58,938 nucleotides of DNA, from assembly GCF_006345805.1 (NCBI RefSeq), contig NW_021834398.1, positions 1 to 58,938 of the forward strand. The letters run 5' to 3'. Each line of letters begins with the position of its first letter. The first letter of the stretch is position 1. Under the pieces are notes generated by a model. The model made no database searches, was not told where the DNA came from, and saw nothing but the letters and a program-made list of their open reading frames with translations. The translations under genes were made by a program, and so were the position numbers. The DNA is from Octopus sinensis. Lineage: Eukaryota. Shown here piece by piece: positions 39,286-54,139 of the stretch.

Positions 39286-40361
39286 GGGTGTTTATTGAGT
39301 GAAACACCTAAAGCTCCACGAGGCTCCGGCAGGGGGTGGTGGTGACCCCTGTTGTACTCTTTCGCACCGACTTTCTCTCACTCTTCCTTCCTGTTTCTTG
39401 AGTGACGCTGCGATGGTCTGGCGTCCAGATAGCGAGGAACACATACGCCACAGAAACCGGTAAAGCGGGCCCATGAACCTGGCTAGGCTTGGAAAGGGCG
39501 CATAAATAAATAAATAAATAATCGACTAAGCAACCATTTCTCCAAACAGTCTGGCGTTGTGCCAATAACAGAATAAATTATTGTTCTTATCGTTTTCCTC
39601 CGCTATTAGTTTTCAATGGGATTCGAGCAGATCCAGGATGAATTTGATCGAACAAAACATTCGATCATTGTTTAAAGTCATGAATATCTTATCTTTAAGA
39701 GAGAGGGCATGTTATCATAGCGAGAGTATGTTATTACATCTAATACAAAAATTCTAAAAAGATGCAGATCAAATAGTAAAGAGTTTAAAGACCTGCTAGC
39801 TTCGGATAATAAAACCAAAGCCTGATTTGATGAAATGGCAAAACATAGCGAACAACTGAACATCAAAGAGGACGTTTTTACAGGTGCGTACATTTCCATA
39901 AAATAACTCCTGTCAATGTAATACTACCTACATTGACGATTCCATTGACTTATGAATACTCAATGTCCCATGTACAAACTAAGTACTCTCATCTCCTTTG
40001 CGACTGTCCTAATTCACATTGACATTTTACTAGTATCTTACATACAGCTGTTCTTATAAAAATGTATTTATGAAACATAAGACGTATAAAGTCATACGTG
40101 TATCGAGAGATACATATTTCCTACATACCTAATACACACACAAAAAACAAATAAGCTGATAGATAGATAGATAAAAAGATACATGCATACATATATATAT
40201 ACATAAATACACGCATACACGCGCCCGCACACACACACCACACACACACATATATATTTATATTTATATATATATATATACATTGAGCCGGTAACTTCAA
40301 AGTTATGTAAGCTATTTGATAGTTTTGATATACCTATCCACCTTTGATATTTAATAATTTC

Positions 40362-40578
40362 AAGGCTGCGAGCTGCCAGAAACGTTAGCATGCCGGACGA
40401 AATGCTTAGCGGCATTCCTTCTGTCTTTACGGTCTGAGTTCAAATTCCGCCGAGTTTGACTTTGCCTTTCATCATTCGAAGTCGATAAATGAAGTACCAG
40501 TTGCGTACTGAGGTCGATCTAATCGACTGGCCCTCTCCTCCAAAATTTCGGGCCTTGTGCCTAGAGTAGAAAAGAATA
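40362..40578 (+). mobile_element. SINE family B
   Basis: Head aaggctgcgagctgccagaaacgttagc and family core. Confidence 0.85.
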
Positions 40579-40736
40579 TTTTATGCTTATTATGTTAATA
40601 ATAGCGAGTTCCAACTTTCACTTTCATTATCTCAATTTGACGCTGGATATTCGATATTTGGTCCAGTCTCAGCACTTACCGTCTGTATCTAAAATACGTG
40701 CCCTTTTGACATTGCCCTACATATATCATACTTATA

Positions 40737-40778
<42 letters not shown>

Positions 40779-41110
40779 ATTCTGTTTCCATTTCTGTCTC
40801 TGTTTCATTTCCACTGGTAAGCGTCCATGTTGTCATATGTGGAATAATGGTTTGAGAAACAGATATAAGTTAATTTGCTTATGCTTATATATATACACAC
40901 GTTCCTATCTGTGTGAACATCCAAAAGATTGTGCATGTTCGTCAGTGTGTGTATCTAAACACACGCACACACACACACGCGCGCGCGCGCGCGACAAACA
41001 CACATGTACATATATATACGCATGTATGCATATATAATAACATACTTAGAAGCATCGTTAGTTTGTTAATAATTATGTATGTGTATGTATATATATACAT
41101 ATATATGTAC

Positions 41111-41163
<53 letters not shown>

Positions 41164-41469
41164 TGTGTGTGGTACATATGTATATGTATGTATGTTTTGT
41201 TTGTATGTATGTCTACATGATACATGTAATGTAATTACTAACTAGTTAATTAACCTTCATGTCACAATATGATATCATAATTAGACAGAACAAGACTGGA
41301 ATGTGTCTTTACTTCGAATTCTTTTTTTTTTCCTTTTGCTTTTACTCGCCTCCTTTTTAAAAGTACGTGTGAGTACGGAGCGAACAGTTTTTACAAAATC
41401 AGCAGTTTATACACACACACAAACACACATGCACAAACATATGCACATGCATACACACACACACACACG

Positions 41470-41517
<48 letters not shown>

Positions 41518-42042
41518 ACCCCATCTGAGACGTTGCTTACTAATCACATACGTTTGCAATGCTCCATGCAAATCAGCTTTATATAGCAAGTCAGTTCTAT
41601 TCAGACTTGACCGCCAATGGCTAGCTTCTATATGATATATGCTTGCTTGGAAAAATCTTCATGACTGTTGTTACCGTTCCTTCTACTACTATTTTATGTT
41701 AGTGTTTGTGATGTTGGTAATTTTCTCCTTTTTTTTCTGTTATTGATTTGTTTGTTCTATGGGAGGTTTTTGTCTCCCCCCCCCCTCTTGTGTGAAGCAT
41801 ATCTTTTGTTAGAGTCATCTGCTGTTCGTTGTCATTATGAGCGGAAACTTTCGTGTGGCCTATATATATATATATTTATATATATATGTATGTATGTATG
41901 TATGTATTTATGTATATACATATATATGCATATATATACATATATATATATAATATATATATATTATATAATATATATATATATATATATATACATAGAT
42001 ATATACATACAGACACACACGTAAATACATAAATACATACAT

Positions 42043-42073
<31 letters not shown>

Positions 42074-42074
42074 G

Positions 42075-42125
<51 letters not shown>

Positions 42126-42706
42126 CATATATATATATACATGCTTATACACACATGCGCATATCACCATGGCTTCTGGCTACCCACTTCACAACTTTTA
42201 TACACACTCACTACCACGCCTCTTCTTTCAAATTCAGAGGCAATCAATACAGTGCTTACTTTTGTCGTGTGTGTACACACACACACACGTGTATATATAT
42301 ATATATATATTATATATATATATATATACGCTAACTTTGCAGACCACCTTAGTAGCTCACTAGTCGGTAGTGATATTTTAGTTTTTCTACTATTGGTCCA
42401 GTGGTTCACTAGATAATTATCTCTTCTTACATGTATATGCAATATCATTATTATCGTAATGATATATATATATATACATATATATATATACACAAAACAC
42501 CCACACACATATATATATATATATATATATAATATATATATACACACACACATATATATATACTTTATGTTTTATATTTTATCAAGCTTAGCGCATAAGA
42601 AAAATGCACATATAGGTGTGTGTATGTATGTATGTATGCACGTTTGTCAATATATATATTTCTATATATGCATGTGTGTGTATGTGTGTTTGAGTGTATG
42701 TGAGCT

Positions 42707-42769
<63 letters not shown>

Positions 42770-42787
42770 GATGAGAGAGAGAGAGAG

Positions 42788-42832
<45 letters not shown>

Positions 42833-44147
42833 CATGCTTATATTTATTTAATATATGTGTTTAAATATATATCTAAAGACATAAATACACGCAGTCGAGC
42901 AGACACACATGCACCCAAGCCCGTACACACATGCACATACTCATGCATACACGCACATGCATATACATACATGCAGATATATACACATACATATAAACAT
43001 TTTGATGTATAGGAGACACTCCCTACTGTTGTTTATTGTACATCTAATAGTAAATATACTTCTCAGGTTTTTGTATTTTTTTTTTGCATCAAGGACACGT
43101 ATATTTCGAAAGAGAGAACAGTCGCCCCTGGTTTGGACGTAAGTGTATTCAACATGGCTCACTCTCTAGAAACAATTCTAGGCTATTTCTATGTAGTTTA
43201 CAAAAGCAAATTTTATCATATTTTCGGAACAATGTGGTAATATAAGGGTACTCGGTTATTGATATGCATCACACTTCGTAGCTTAAATTTTACGTGTCAT
43301 AACCTCGCCGTGACTACTTTTATAGCGCCCTAACCAAAAGGTTTTCGATATAGAAAACTATAAATATATTGCCTTCTATTTTGATTTCCTCTTACCTAAA
43401 TACCTAATTCGTTTTTTAGTAAACACAACCACTTATTTTTGATATGGTAACATGGAAATATATTACCGTATTCGATGGCATAAAAGACACACGGGCATAT
43501 TCGGCGCACCCTAATTTCTGCAGTGCAAGTTCTACAAGGAATTATTTTAGTGCATTACAACGTGTAATAAAGGTGCACCTTCACAAGGGGATATATTTTT
43601 AGACTTTTTTCGAGAGAGAGGGAGAGATAGAGATAGAGAGGGAGAGATAAAATTGCTCCTTATCTGCCATCGAATACGGTATATATATATTGTAGGGAAA
43701 GAATTGTTAAATTTCTGGTTGCTTAAAGGATAACCATCGCATTGATTCCTAGCCCATACTGGCTTTCTGTAAGTAAATAACACATCCAAATAGTATCGTT
43801 AGATACGTAATCGATACCAGGTAATCAATCAAACGGGGAAGTTTCTAGTTGGTTGCCCGAACTGCCAAATCTCTCTCAAACCACACCTCACTATTTCAGA
43901 AAAGGAAAGGACACGTTAGATAATGCGATTCCAGTTTCTCTGTGCTTTGGAAGAAGACGTGATAATCAGAACTAGGAAGCGTTTGATCACAAATAAGCCT
44001 ATTCGACCAGAACAGAACTAAAGCTATACACCTACTACAACAAAATCATCCAGAATAGCATCATATAAGGAATATATTGGAGTCAGCTCTTCTCGAAGCT
44101 CTGAGTTTATAGAACTAAACTTAGTGTATCAAAACTAATATGTTGAT

Positions 44148-44524
44148 TACTCTTTCTTTTATTCTTTTATTTGTTTCAGTCATTTGAGTGTGGCCATGCT
44201 GGAGCACCGCCTTTAGTCGAGCAAGTCGACCCCAGGACTTATTCTTTGTAAGCCTAGTACTTATTCTATTGGTCTCTTAACCGAACCGCTAAGTTACGGG
44301 GACGTAACACACAGGTATCGGTTGTCAAGCGATGTTAGGGGGACAAACACAGACACACAAACATATACACACACACACACCACACACACACATTATATAT
44401 ATATATATATATATATAAATATAGTAAATAAACACAAATTAGTAAATAAATGGCACAACTAAGTACCGATATTTACTGGAAATAGCGAACGTAAAAATAC
44501 GACGCTAATATATATATATATATA

Positions 44525-44567
<43 letters not shown>

Positions 44568-44733
44568 TATAAACGACGGCTTTCTTTCAATTTCCGTCTA
44601 CCAAATCCACTCACAGGGCTTCAGTCGGCCCGATGCTATAGAAGACACGTGCCCAAGGTGGCACGCAGTGAGATTGAACCTGGAACCATGTGGTTGGTAA
44701 GCAAAGTACTTACCACACAGCCACTCCTACGCC
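44148..44733 (-). mobile_element. SINE family A with expanded internal microsatellite
   Basis: Reverse complement of head (44580-44733) and tail (44148-44360) separated by CA/TA repeats. Confidence 0.85.
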
Positions 44734-46049
44734 TATTATGTTCATTAATCATGAATTTCCTACATTTTAAGCTTGTTCCTATACCGTAGTAACTTTTAGC
44801 AATTCATTGGCGCTAAATATCTTGTTCAAGAATATTGCGAAATACTGTTCATTATATTTTATGCCTAGTTGCCAAAATAGTCTAATCTTCTATATTTACG
44901 ACTCCGATTTGAATTCTATGACGAATCAAACTCATGATTTCTTCTTGACATATAAATTGGATTGAGTCAGTTGGTCGCATTTTCGTAATTTTAAGCATCT
45001 GTAAATGAATGCATAACTTAATAATTTTGTAATTTAAATGCAAATTGATACGCTATAATCTTTCAGAACGTCATGAAGATATGTTAGAGAAATTTCATAA
45101 CTGCTACTGGGATACGAAATCAAGCCATCCACTTGTTTCCTATGCTATATTCTTTTCATTCTGCGTTCATTTTTCAGAGTTTCCTATTTGCTAGGAGGTC
45201 TATCAGGATGCAGACAATAGTTATTCAACGAACGTATGGAAAGACAAACTGTTCAGAAATAAAGTATTAGCTTGATGAAGGGGCGTTACTCGTAGCTGAA
45301 TAGTTTATCGAAGTTTAGGTCATGAACCGAGCATATACTGATGATCGATGCCAGGAAGTTGTATCGTTTAGCTTTGAATGTCCTTTGTCAAGTGGCTAGA
45401 GAATTCAATAAAAAATGCTTCTAGAACTGCTTTTTATTAGTAATCACACGGAAACTGGATGTTACTAGTCATGTTATTTTGATGTTGGAAGTCATGTTAA
45501 AAGATGCCCTGTAAGAATCAGGGATTTGCAAATCTCATTCACCACTTTCGTATAACAATGCTACTTCGAGATAAGTTGTACAACACATGTACTGCAATTG
45601 ATCGGTTGCACTCTAAAAGCATAAAATGCACAAATAAAATACATGAATGCAACTAATTTGTAATTGTTTGTCGACCAATTTGATAGGTGATAAATGCATG
45701 AGACAGAAATTCAGGTTTGAGGCGAATATCATACATAAACATCTTTTCCTTCGGTGACCATCACAACTAGGAGAAAATTATTAACTTATTCCCTTAGTAG
45801 TTTCTGAGAGTGCATTTTTTTAAATACATGTGTCCAAAGCGAATTTTTATGTTGGTGCCGCCCAAAAAGGCTGAAATTACTAAACTTCAAAATGAAACTA
45901 AACTGGCCAACAAGCGTCTGAATAGACGGCCATTATACCTTTTTGAAATTTTAAGAGAAATCTCCATCAAATTTATTTTAAAAATAAAGAATATTTTGGA
46001 TATCGTAATGATCACAATTTGTTTAAAAGAAATATAATCTTCGATAATA

Positions 46050-46195
46050 TGAAGACTTTGAAAATATGAAACTTCATTTTCAGCAAGATGGGGCAGCCCC
46101 CCACCACCTACCATAGTGATGTAAGGCCCTGTCTTAATGAGATTTTGCCACACAAACAGATTGGAGCAAGATGTTAAGCAAAATACACTCCGCGT
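46050..46195 (+). mobile_element. Mariner-superfamily (rosa/DD41D-like) catalytic fragment
   Basis: FQQDGAAP...DVRPCLNEILPH, paralogous to 47930-48090. Confidence 0.65.
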
Positions 46196-46368
46196 TCAAT
46201 AATATGTCAGCTTTTTCATGGTATCCGAAGCTAAAGAACACTGACTGAAAAGAGTTGGATATATTGAAATGAAAAGGCTATAAACCGAATTGTGGAAGGA
46301 TTAACTTTTCTCATAAAATCCCATATAATTCACTCCACTTGAGTAAACATTCAGAAGTTTACATGTAG

Positions 46369-47002
46369 TTTGTCCGTCGATGCAACGAAGACCTACTAGT
46401 CATCCTGGGGTGGGGGTGGGCTTGTTTTGTGAGTCCGCAGATGGCTAGTGAGGCCAATCTGCGCCCGAAAGAGTCTTTGATAGTGTAGACAGGGAATGGT
46501 AGCGCCTGCTACAGGGTTGTTAGCTCTGTTCTTCCTGGCCTGTCTGCGGTCTTCTGCAGCAGCGATCCTATTGGTCTCGCATTTGTTGGCACCCTTCTGG
46601 ACAGTTGATCGCCACCCATCTCTGTCTAGAGCAGACTGCTCCCAAGTGTCAAGGTCGATATTAAAGGCTTTCAGTGAGGCTTTCAGTGTGTCCTTAAAGC
46701 GCTTCTTCAGGCCGCCTTGTGAGCGCTTTCCCTTTTGCAGCTCGCCAAAGAGCAATCTTTTTGGTAATCGATCGTCTGACTTGCGAGCTACGTGCCGTGC
46801 CCAGCGAAGCTGAGACTGCATCAAGATGGTATGGATGCTAGGCAGGTTAGTACATATTGGTACCTCGGTGTCCGGGATCCTGTCCTGCCACTTTATGCCG
46901 AGAAGTTTTCTAAGGCGTATTGTATGAAAGTGGTTCAGCTTCCAGGACTCGCAGCCGTAAAGCAGAGTTGTGAGAACAACAGACCGGTACACCTTGATCT
47001 TT
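46369..47002 (-). mobile_element. 5'-truncated RTE-clade LINE C-terminus and 3' end
   Basis: KIKVYRSVVLTTLLYGCESW, GIKWQDRIPDTEV, QLRWARHVARKSDDRLPKRLLFGEL, GLTSHLRTH. Confidence 0.9.
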
Positions 47003-47369
47003 GTTATTCAGAAGTACAGTTCACCATCTCACGCTGTTTTTCTCTATTTATTTATATCTTGGGTTCAGATCTGATAGTTAACTATACCTGCAGTTAAAAG
47101 ATGTAGATAAACTCAGGCATATCTCACAATGTTTAGGTTATCTTTTAGAAACAAGAAAACAACAGGCGAAAATTAAGACCCTCTAACTATGTGGGAATAA
47201 TTTCTTTTTATTTCCTCAAAATGATTGAGAAACTGCTTAATTTTTTTAAAGCATTCTCCTTTCTCCACTAAAAAGAACCTTCGTTTCTATTTTTATAAAA
47301 TACGTGTATATCTGTCTGTGAATATGTAAGTATACTAATCATCAACTAGGAAGATTAAAGTAGATAAGG

Positions 47370-47552
47370 AGTGAATGAGGGGGAGTGAGTGAATGAGTGA
47401 GTGAGTGAGTGAGTGAATGAGTGAGTGAGTGGTGAGTGAGTGAGTAAGTGAGTGAGTGAGTGAGTGAGTGAGTAAGTGAGTGAGTGAGTGAGTGAGTGAG
47501 TTAGTTAGTGAGTTAGTTAGTTAGTCAGTCAGTCAATCAGTCAGTCAGTCCG
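47370..47552. repeat. (TGAG)n grading into (TTAG)n, (TCAG)n, (TCCG)n
   Basis: Directly visible. Confidence 0.95.
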
Positions 47553-47559
47553 TCCGTCC

Positions 47560-48392
47560 CACAACACACGAACGGATATTAAAAACGTATTCACAGAGGT
47601 CATGAAGATCTGTGCGATAAGCGAGTCGTAAGAATAGTCCATGCTGTCGATGAAAAAGATCCTGGATGAAGAAAAGAATTTTGCGTGTGTTATTTACTAA
47701 GATGTGTAGAAGATGCTCACCTTCCAACAACAATTGTTTAGAATAGCATGGCTACATTTATATCAAATAGCTCAATCTGTACATTAAGGAGAAACATCAG
47801 GCTAATTTTCCAGAAGTTATAGTGCGGTGCGGTGTATCATAGGATTGCTTGGGCTAGTCTTTTCTTACTGTACCATGACTGGTCCTATTTACTTGAACTT
47901 GCTGCGATAATCTGTCATGCCGAGCATTTCAAGAAGACTTTGAATGAAAATGTGAAGCTTTACTTCCACCAAGATGGGGCAGCCCCACACTATCATAGCA
48001 ATGTAAGGCCATGTCTTAATGAGATTTTGCCACACAAAACAGATTGGACGAAGACGTTAAGTAGAATACTCACCGCGTTCACCGGACGTCACGCAGCTGG
48101 ACTTTTCTTTTTATCACGATGCTCCAAAGATGAAACTCAAGATGAAAAGCCAGCAGCAATCGATGAATCGAGGGTAGCCATTAAACAAGAATACACATCA
48201 ATACAGAACGAAATACTTCAAATGTGCGCGATTCCATTCCTTCGCATTATCAGCAGTACTTGGGCCACATTGATAATTAGTTAGAAAAAAATCTTCCATA
48301 AAAAAACAATTAAAATCTGACAGAAGATTCTCTTAAATTTTAATAAACATTCAATCATTCAATGTGTGTAAACCATTTTTAGAGACGCACTG
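47560..48392 (+). mobile_element. Decayed rosa/DD41D-like mariner, 3' half with probable right TIR
   Basis: EKDPG*RKEFC and FHQDGAAPHYHSNVR motifs; ends ...agagacgcactg/TA. Confidence 0.65.
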
Positions 48393-48394
48393 TA

Positions 48395-48451
<57 letters not shown>

Positions 48452-48729
48452 CATATATACATACTACATACATACATACATACATACATACATACATACA
48501 TACATACATACATACACATACATACATACATATACATATATACGTACATACACATACAAATTACAGAATTGTATTTATTAATGTATGTATGTATGTATGT
48601 ATGTAGGATGCTTCAGCTATTTGAGAACAAAACTTGTAAGAATTATAAATGGCCTAAACATTAAGTACATATTCTTTCTGAGTTTTTTATTTTTTTTCAG
48701 CCCCGACACGGAAATTTCGAATTTAATAC

Positions 48730-49070
48730 AAAGAATGAAAGGTCATGGCGTTCTCGTAGTTATAGCTACCAACGACAGCGTTTTTGAAATTGAGACGTTT
48801 GTAAATGTCGCTAAGTCCTTCGTGTTTAATATCAGACAAGAGCTCCTGATCTCTGTCAGCAATGTGTCTTCCGTGGCCAAAAGAAAGAGACATCACCCAG
48901 AGCATTGTCGGCGAAAATCGTCGGCAAGTGAATGCGGGCAATGTGTCGGAGTCAACGATTAGATGTGTGGTGCACGACGACACCAGGTACAAAATGTTAT
49001 GAGAAGAGGCCAGTTCATGTCCGATAAGCAAAGGGAAACAGTGCGATCAGATCGAAGAGCTTAACAAATT
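48730..49070 (+). mobile_element. Decayed maT-like transposase N-terminal fragment
   Basis: MKGHGVLVVIAT...EIETFVNVAKSFVFNIRQEL...KRKRH and VMRRGQFMS resemble maT-type HTH regions. Confidence 0.55.
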
Positions 49071-49444
49071 CATGCAACCCGAAGAGACACGGAATGTCCT
49101 CGTTCTTTTCATATGAGAAGGACTTTGTGGAAGGATTCGGACCACACACCCCAAGTGACTAAAGGGGGACTGACTCATTGTTATAAAATTCCCACTGGCC
49201 TGTTAGGGACTTCAAACCGTTAACTACCCCTGAATCCAAATCAAACTGTTTTAAACAATACATGTAACTCCAAGTAAATGTGTTGAGTGCCCTTTCTTTC
49301 GTTTGCCCACTTGCCCACACACACACACACACATATATATAATATATATACATATATATATATATTATATATAATATATATATATATATATATATTATGT
49401 GTGTGTGTGTGTGTGTGTGTGTATGTATTATGTATGTATGTATG

Positions 49445-49534
<90 letters not shown>

Positions 49535-49540
49535 CACCTA

Positions 49541-50425
49541 CAGGTGCAATGGGTAAATTGTCGCTATTTATATTTTTAATTTCGGGCATGCGCATTGTTT
49601 GTTTTTGATTTGGTCGACTAAACAGTATAGTAGGGCCAGATGGGCACCGTCTGTGAGGAAAACAGCACCATGACGCAATTCACTCTGACAAAAATTTGGA
49701 AACGACATGCTGTACTGCGTGGCATTTGCGCCGGAAGCTCCAATACGAATATTTCAGAGTATTTGGGTGTCAATCTGAGGACAGCGCAATCTGAGGAAAT
49801 GTGCCGAAAGTTATAAAAATCAAGCATCCAGTTAACATCATGGTGTTTGGAGTGATCACTAGTGATCGCGACGTTATGCCTCCATTCATTTTCCCACACG
49901 GCCTCAGATTCAACACGGAGGCCTACATCAAGTGCCTGGAGGAGGCAGTTCTGACCTGCGTCTATTGGGTGGTTGCTGAAAGACACTATGTCTGGCGACA
50001 GAACTCTGCACCATGCCATAGAAACAGGTGAACCCAGTTATGATTGTCAGACAATTTCTGTGGATACATCACCACTAACATCTGGCCACCTAACTCTCCA
50101 AACTGCAACACCCTTGATTATTGTGGGGCGCGCAGTTGAGCAAGAGACCAACAAAACTCCTTGTAACACCAAACATGAACTGAAGGCAACGATTATGGCA
50201 GCATTCGCCAACTTTAACAAGGAGACTGTGCAGAAGACGAAGATTCCCAAGTTGTTTGGAGGCCATGGCTGAAGCAAATGGAAATTTTATTGAATAAATT
50301 TACTGTTTAGTAGTTTCAAAATATTTTTATGTAATATTGGTCAATATATGTGTTAAAATGAGATGTCAGTGTTTTTTTTTTTTATTTTTGCGTTATTCAA
50401 ATGACAGTTTATTCACCGCACCCTG
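49541..50425 (+). mobile_element. maT/DD37D-like deletion derivative, second copy, with TIRs and TA target duplication
   Basis: TA/CAGGTGCAATGGGTAAATTGTC ... GACAGTTTATTCACCGCACCCTG/TA; same body as 25625-26480 in opposite orientation. Confidence 0.9.
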
Positions 50426-50443
50426 TATAAGCATATATACATA

Positions 50444-51995
50444 CAGTAGCGAGCAAAAACAAAAGAGACATAAATTATCATATTTTTTAATTTCGGAAAC
50501 GCTAGTAAACGTACTAATTCGGAATTGGTTTCGTAAATACTAATTCGAAACAGGTTTCTGTGAAAAGTCTATGTTTGTACAATGGTCTTAATAAAAGTTA
50601 ACAGCACTTATACTAGTTTCGTGCAAATGTCTCGTGTGCAAAATGAGAGAACGATCAAGCCAAAAAATGCTTCAATTAACTCAAAACCATAATAATGATT
50701 GAAAGAAATGTAAATATGAACTTAATACAGTTAGTATGATGTTGGGGATCACCTCTGCACATCGATTGTCACAGGACTTAACAAGTTTCCTGCATAAGTC
50801 AGGTTTAACTTTCTTCCCTTCCTCTTCTAATATCTCCTATAAATTCGTGCCCATTGTATTACTTTGTCTCCAAGTATATTCCAAAGATTTTCAATTGGAT
50901 TTAATTCTGGACTTTGTGCTGGCCACTTCATTCCTTGGATATTTTGTTCATTATGACAAGGAGCATTATCTTGCATGAAAATGAACAGTTGATTCAGAAA
51001 TGCTCGTAATGATGGGATCACATGCTGTTTAACCAAATTCAAATAGATGTTTAGCATTAATAGTCCCTTTAATCTGCACAAGAGGGCCAATTCCTTCAGA
51101 AGAAATCACTCCCCACACCATAACGCTTCCTCCTCCAAACTTGGCAGTTTTCTTCAGGTATTTGGATTTTAGCCGATCTCCTGTGAAGCGCTTAACACAC
51201 TGTCTACTGTCTGAAGCTACTAAATTGAATTTGCTTTCATTGCTAAAATGAACTTTTGAACAATTTTCGCCCCTCCAATTCACATGAGCTTCTGCAAATG
51301 AAAGTCTTTCCAATTTGTTCTTCTTACTGATGGTAGGTTTCGTTGCCGGGGAACAAATCTTTAATCCGAATTTCTTCAGACGACGAGGCACTCTAAAGCG
51401 GCTCACTTCCATACCATTATTTACATATATTTACTTAGACATTCCAGCCACAGTCCCGAAAGGATCCTTCAATACGTATCGTTTATGGCTCGATCATCTT
51501 GCATGCGGATTTTCTGGGTCTACCAGTTGCCTTTTTCGCTTCAAAACCTTTAGTTTCTTCATAGAGCTTAAGAACACGTGAAACTACACTCTTAGATCTT
51601 GCGTCTCGTGAAACAGCCGAGAGAGTCACTCCTGAAACTTCCATCCTGACAATTTCTTTTGGGAGGTCCGGAGTAAATTTAGCGTGGTGTGCCATGTTTG
51701 GATGCTAGCGCAATACTAAGACGGTAGTTACGTTGAGCCAGCAAATGTAAACAATGTTTGAAATTACCAGAAATTTCTGAAGGAATTTAATCGTTCTCCT
51801 ATTTTGCACGTGAGACATTTGCACGAAACTAATGTTAGTATTATTATTTTTTATTAAGACCGTTGTACAAACTTAGTTTTTTCAGAGAATTTAGCTAATG
51901 GTTAACTGTGTTTACGATACCAATTACGAATTTGTACATATCCTATCCAACATTTAAAAAAAATATCAATCGTTCTCTTGTTTTGCTCGCTACTG
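50444..51995 (-). mobile_element. Full-length decayed Tc1 (DD34E-type) element with ~210-bp TIRs
   Basis: TA/CAGTAGCGAGCAAAA at both ends; transposase from ATG 51695 with FSNESKFN, GGGSVMVWG, MQDNAPCH, WPAQSPELNPIENLW across frameshifts. Confidence 0.92.
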
Positions 51996-52040
51996 TACAT
52001 ATACATGTGTATGTATACACACACACACACACACACCCAC

Positions 52041-52120
<80 letters not shown>

Positions 52121-52127
52121 GTTAATC

Positions 52128-52320
52128 AAACAGAAAACACAGAAAAAAAGAGAAAAAAACACAGCAACGCGAGGACGTGGAACAATAAAAGTATTATTGA
52201 CGCTCAGGAAAGAAGGGAAGGAGGGTTTAACGTTCGAGCGGAGCTCTTCGTCGAACAAGGAGAGGAAAGATCCCAAGAAGGGAAGACAGAGAAAAATTTT
52301 TTTGCTGGTGGTGCTCAAGA
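52128..52320 (-). mobile_element. Third copy of the 499-700 family with degenerate hammerhead-like motif (52225-52257)
   Basis: cgagcggagctcttcgtcgaac core; TA-rich flank. Confidence 0.55.
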
Positions 52321-52357
52321 GATATACATATATAAAAATAGATAGACAGACAGACAT

Positions 52358-52449
<92 letters not shown>

Positions 52450-52517
52450 ATAAATAGATATAATTACGTGTGTGTATATATATATATACATATACATACA
52501 CACACACACACACACAC

Positions 52518-52559
<42 letters not shown>

Positions 52560-52695
52560 TATAAAATAGACAGACATACAAGCAGATTGGTTGATAGATA
52601 AATAGAGAGAGATGGATGGATATAATCATGTGTGTGTGTGTATATATATACATGTATACATATATAAAAATAGACAGACAGACAGACAGACAGAC

Positions 52696-52764
<69 letters not shown>

Positions 52765-53059
52765 TAATTATATGACAGTCCATTATAATTATTACCAACG
52801 GCTGCACATTTCGCGCGCATCATGTTTCATCTTGACTCTAAATTATATTTCGAATACATCTGACATATTCCTTGCACTTACTTGATCAGCGTCTTATCGG
52901 CATTTTCACAATCATACACGTAGTCTATTTTCTTATAAACATAACTTCAGCGCTTCCTACTCCTCACGCTGTCATTTTCTCTTCTGGTCATACATATATA
53001 CATACATGATACATACATGCATACATTCATACATGTATACAGTGTGTGCGCGTATACGT

Positions 53060-53126
<67 letters not shown>

Positions 53127-53371
53127 AATTTTCAGTATTTCGTTCAGGTGGAGTAAGATTTAATGATGCGCATTGATAGCGTTTTGTGTTTGTTTCTGAC
53201 AGACATATCACTCAAGTTGGTGAACGATAAAACGATATTGATGCTCTCCACCACCTACTTCTCTCTGTCCCTCTCTGTATTTTTCCTCTCCCTTCTTCGA
53301 TTTCTCTATATATTTCTCTTTTTCTCTATATATGTATATATATATAATATATATTGTGTGCTTCTATGTGC

Positions 53372-53447
<76 letters not shown>

Positions 53448-53568
53448 TATTATGTATATGTATATATATATACGTATATACATATATATATGTACATATA
53501 TACATATATATATATATACATATATATACATATATGTATGTATATGTATCTATCTATCTACATATATT

Positions 53569-53651
<83 letters not shown>

Positions 53652-54139
53652 TATATATATCTATAGTAAATCTGTAAAACTTTATGTTGACCGAGTGCCA
53701 AAATTGAAACAGATTTATATATGACTATAACAATGGAGTGAGTCAAGAAGAAAATATTAAGTCAAGGCGATTTATATTTCAGGGTCTAGTATAGAATGAA
53801 ATACTTACGAGGCTCAGTTACTCGTATGCATTCGTACGTCATGCGTTCTTAACTTAACACTTGTATGATGATATAAGCTCATACCTATTCTTTAAAGAGC
53901 CAATGAAACGGACTGAGATCATTCCTAATAAATACATCCAAAATTTCAGCACCTATATTTAGTACACATATAAGTTTTGTTCTTCTCGGTTCCATTTTCC
54001 AAGGCGACTGAAGTATCATATATTCAACAGAAGAGTATTGAAGCTCAGCTAATCTTAAGGCAAAATTTTGCCGGACATTGAAAACAAGATACTCTGAATA
54101 AAATGAAAATAAACTTGCTTTTCTCTTTTCTTTATACTT

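Noticed and set aside
39716-39884. Protein-like frame ending at a GT donor (EYVITSNTK...KEDVFT)
   Set aside because: In-frame TGA and no recognisable family.
45271-45300. TTGATGAAGGGG...CTCGTAG resembling a hammerhead
   Set aside because: No GAAA and no helix III.
48585-48962. 125-aa ORF following a splice-acceptor-like site
   Set aside because: Better explained as a decayed maT-like transposase N-terminus.
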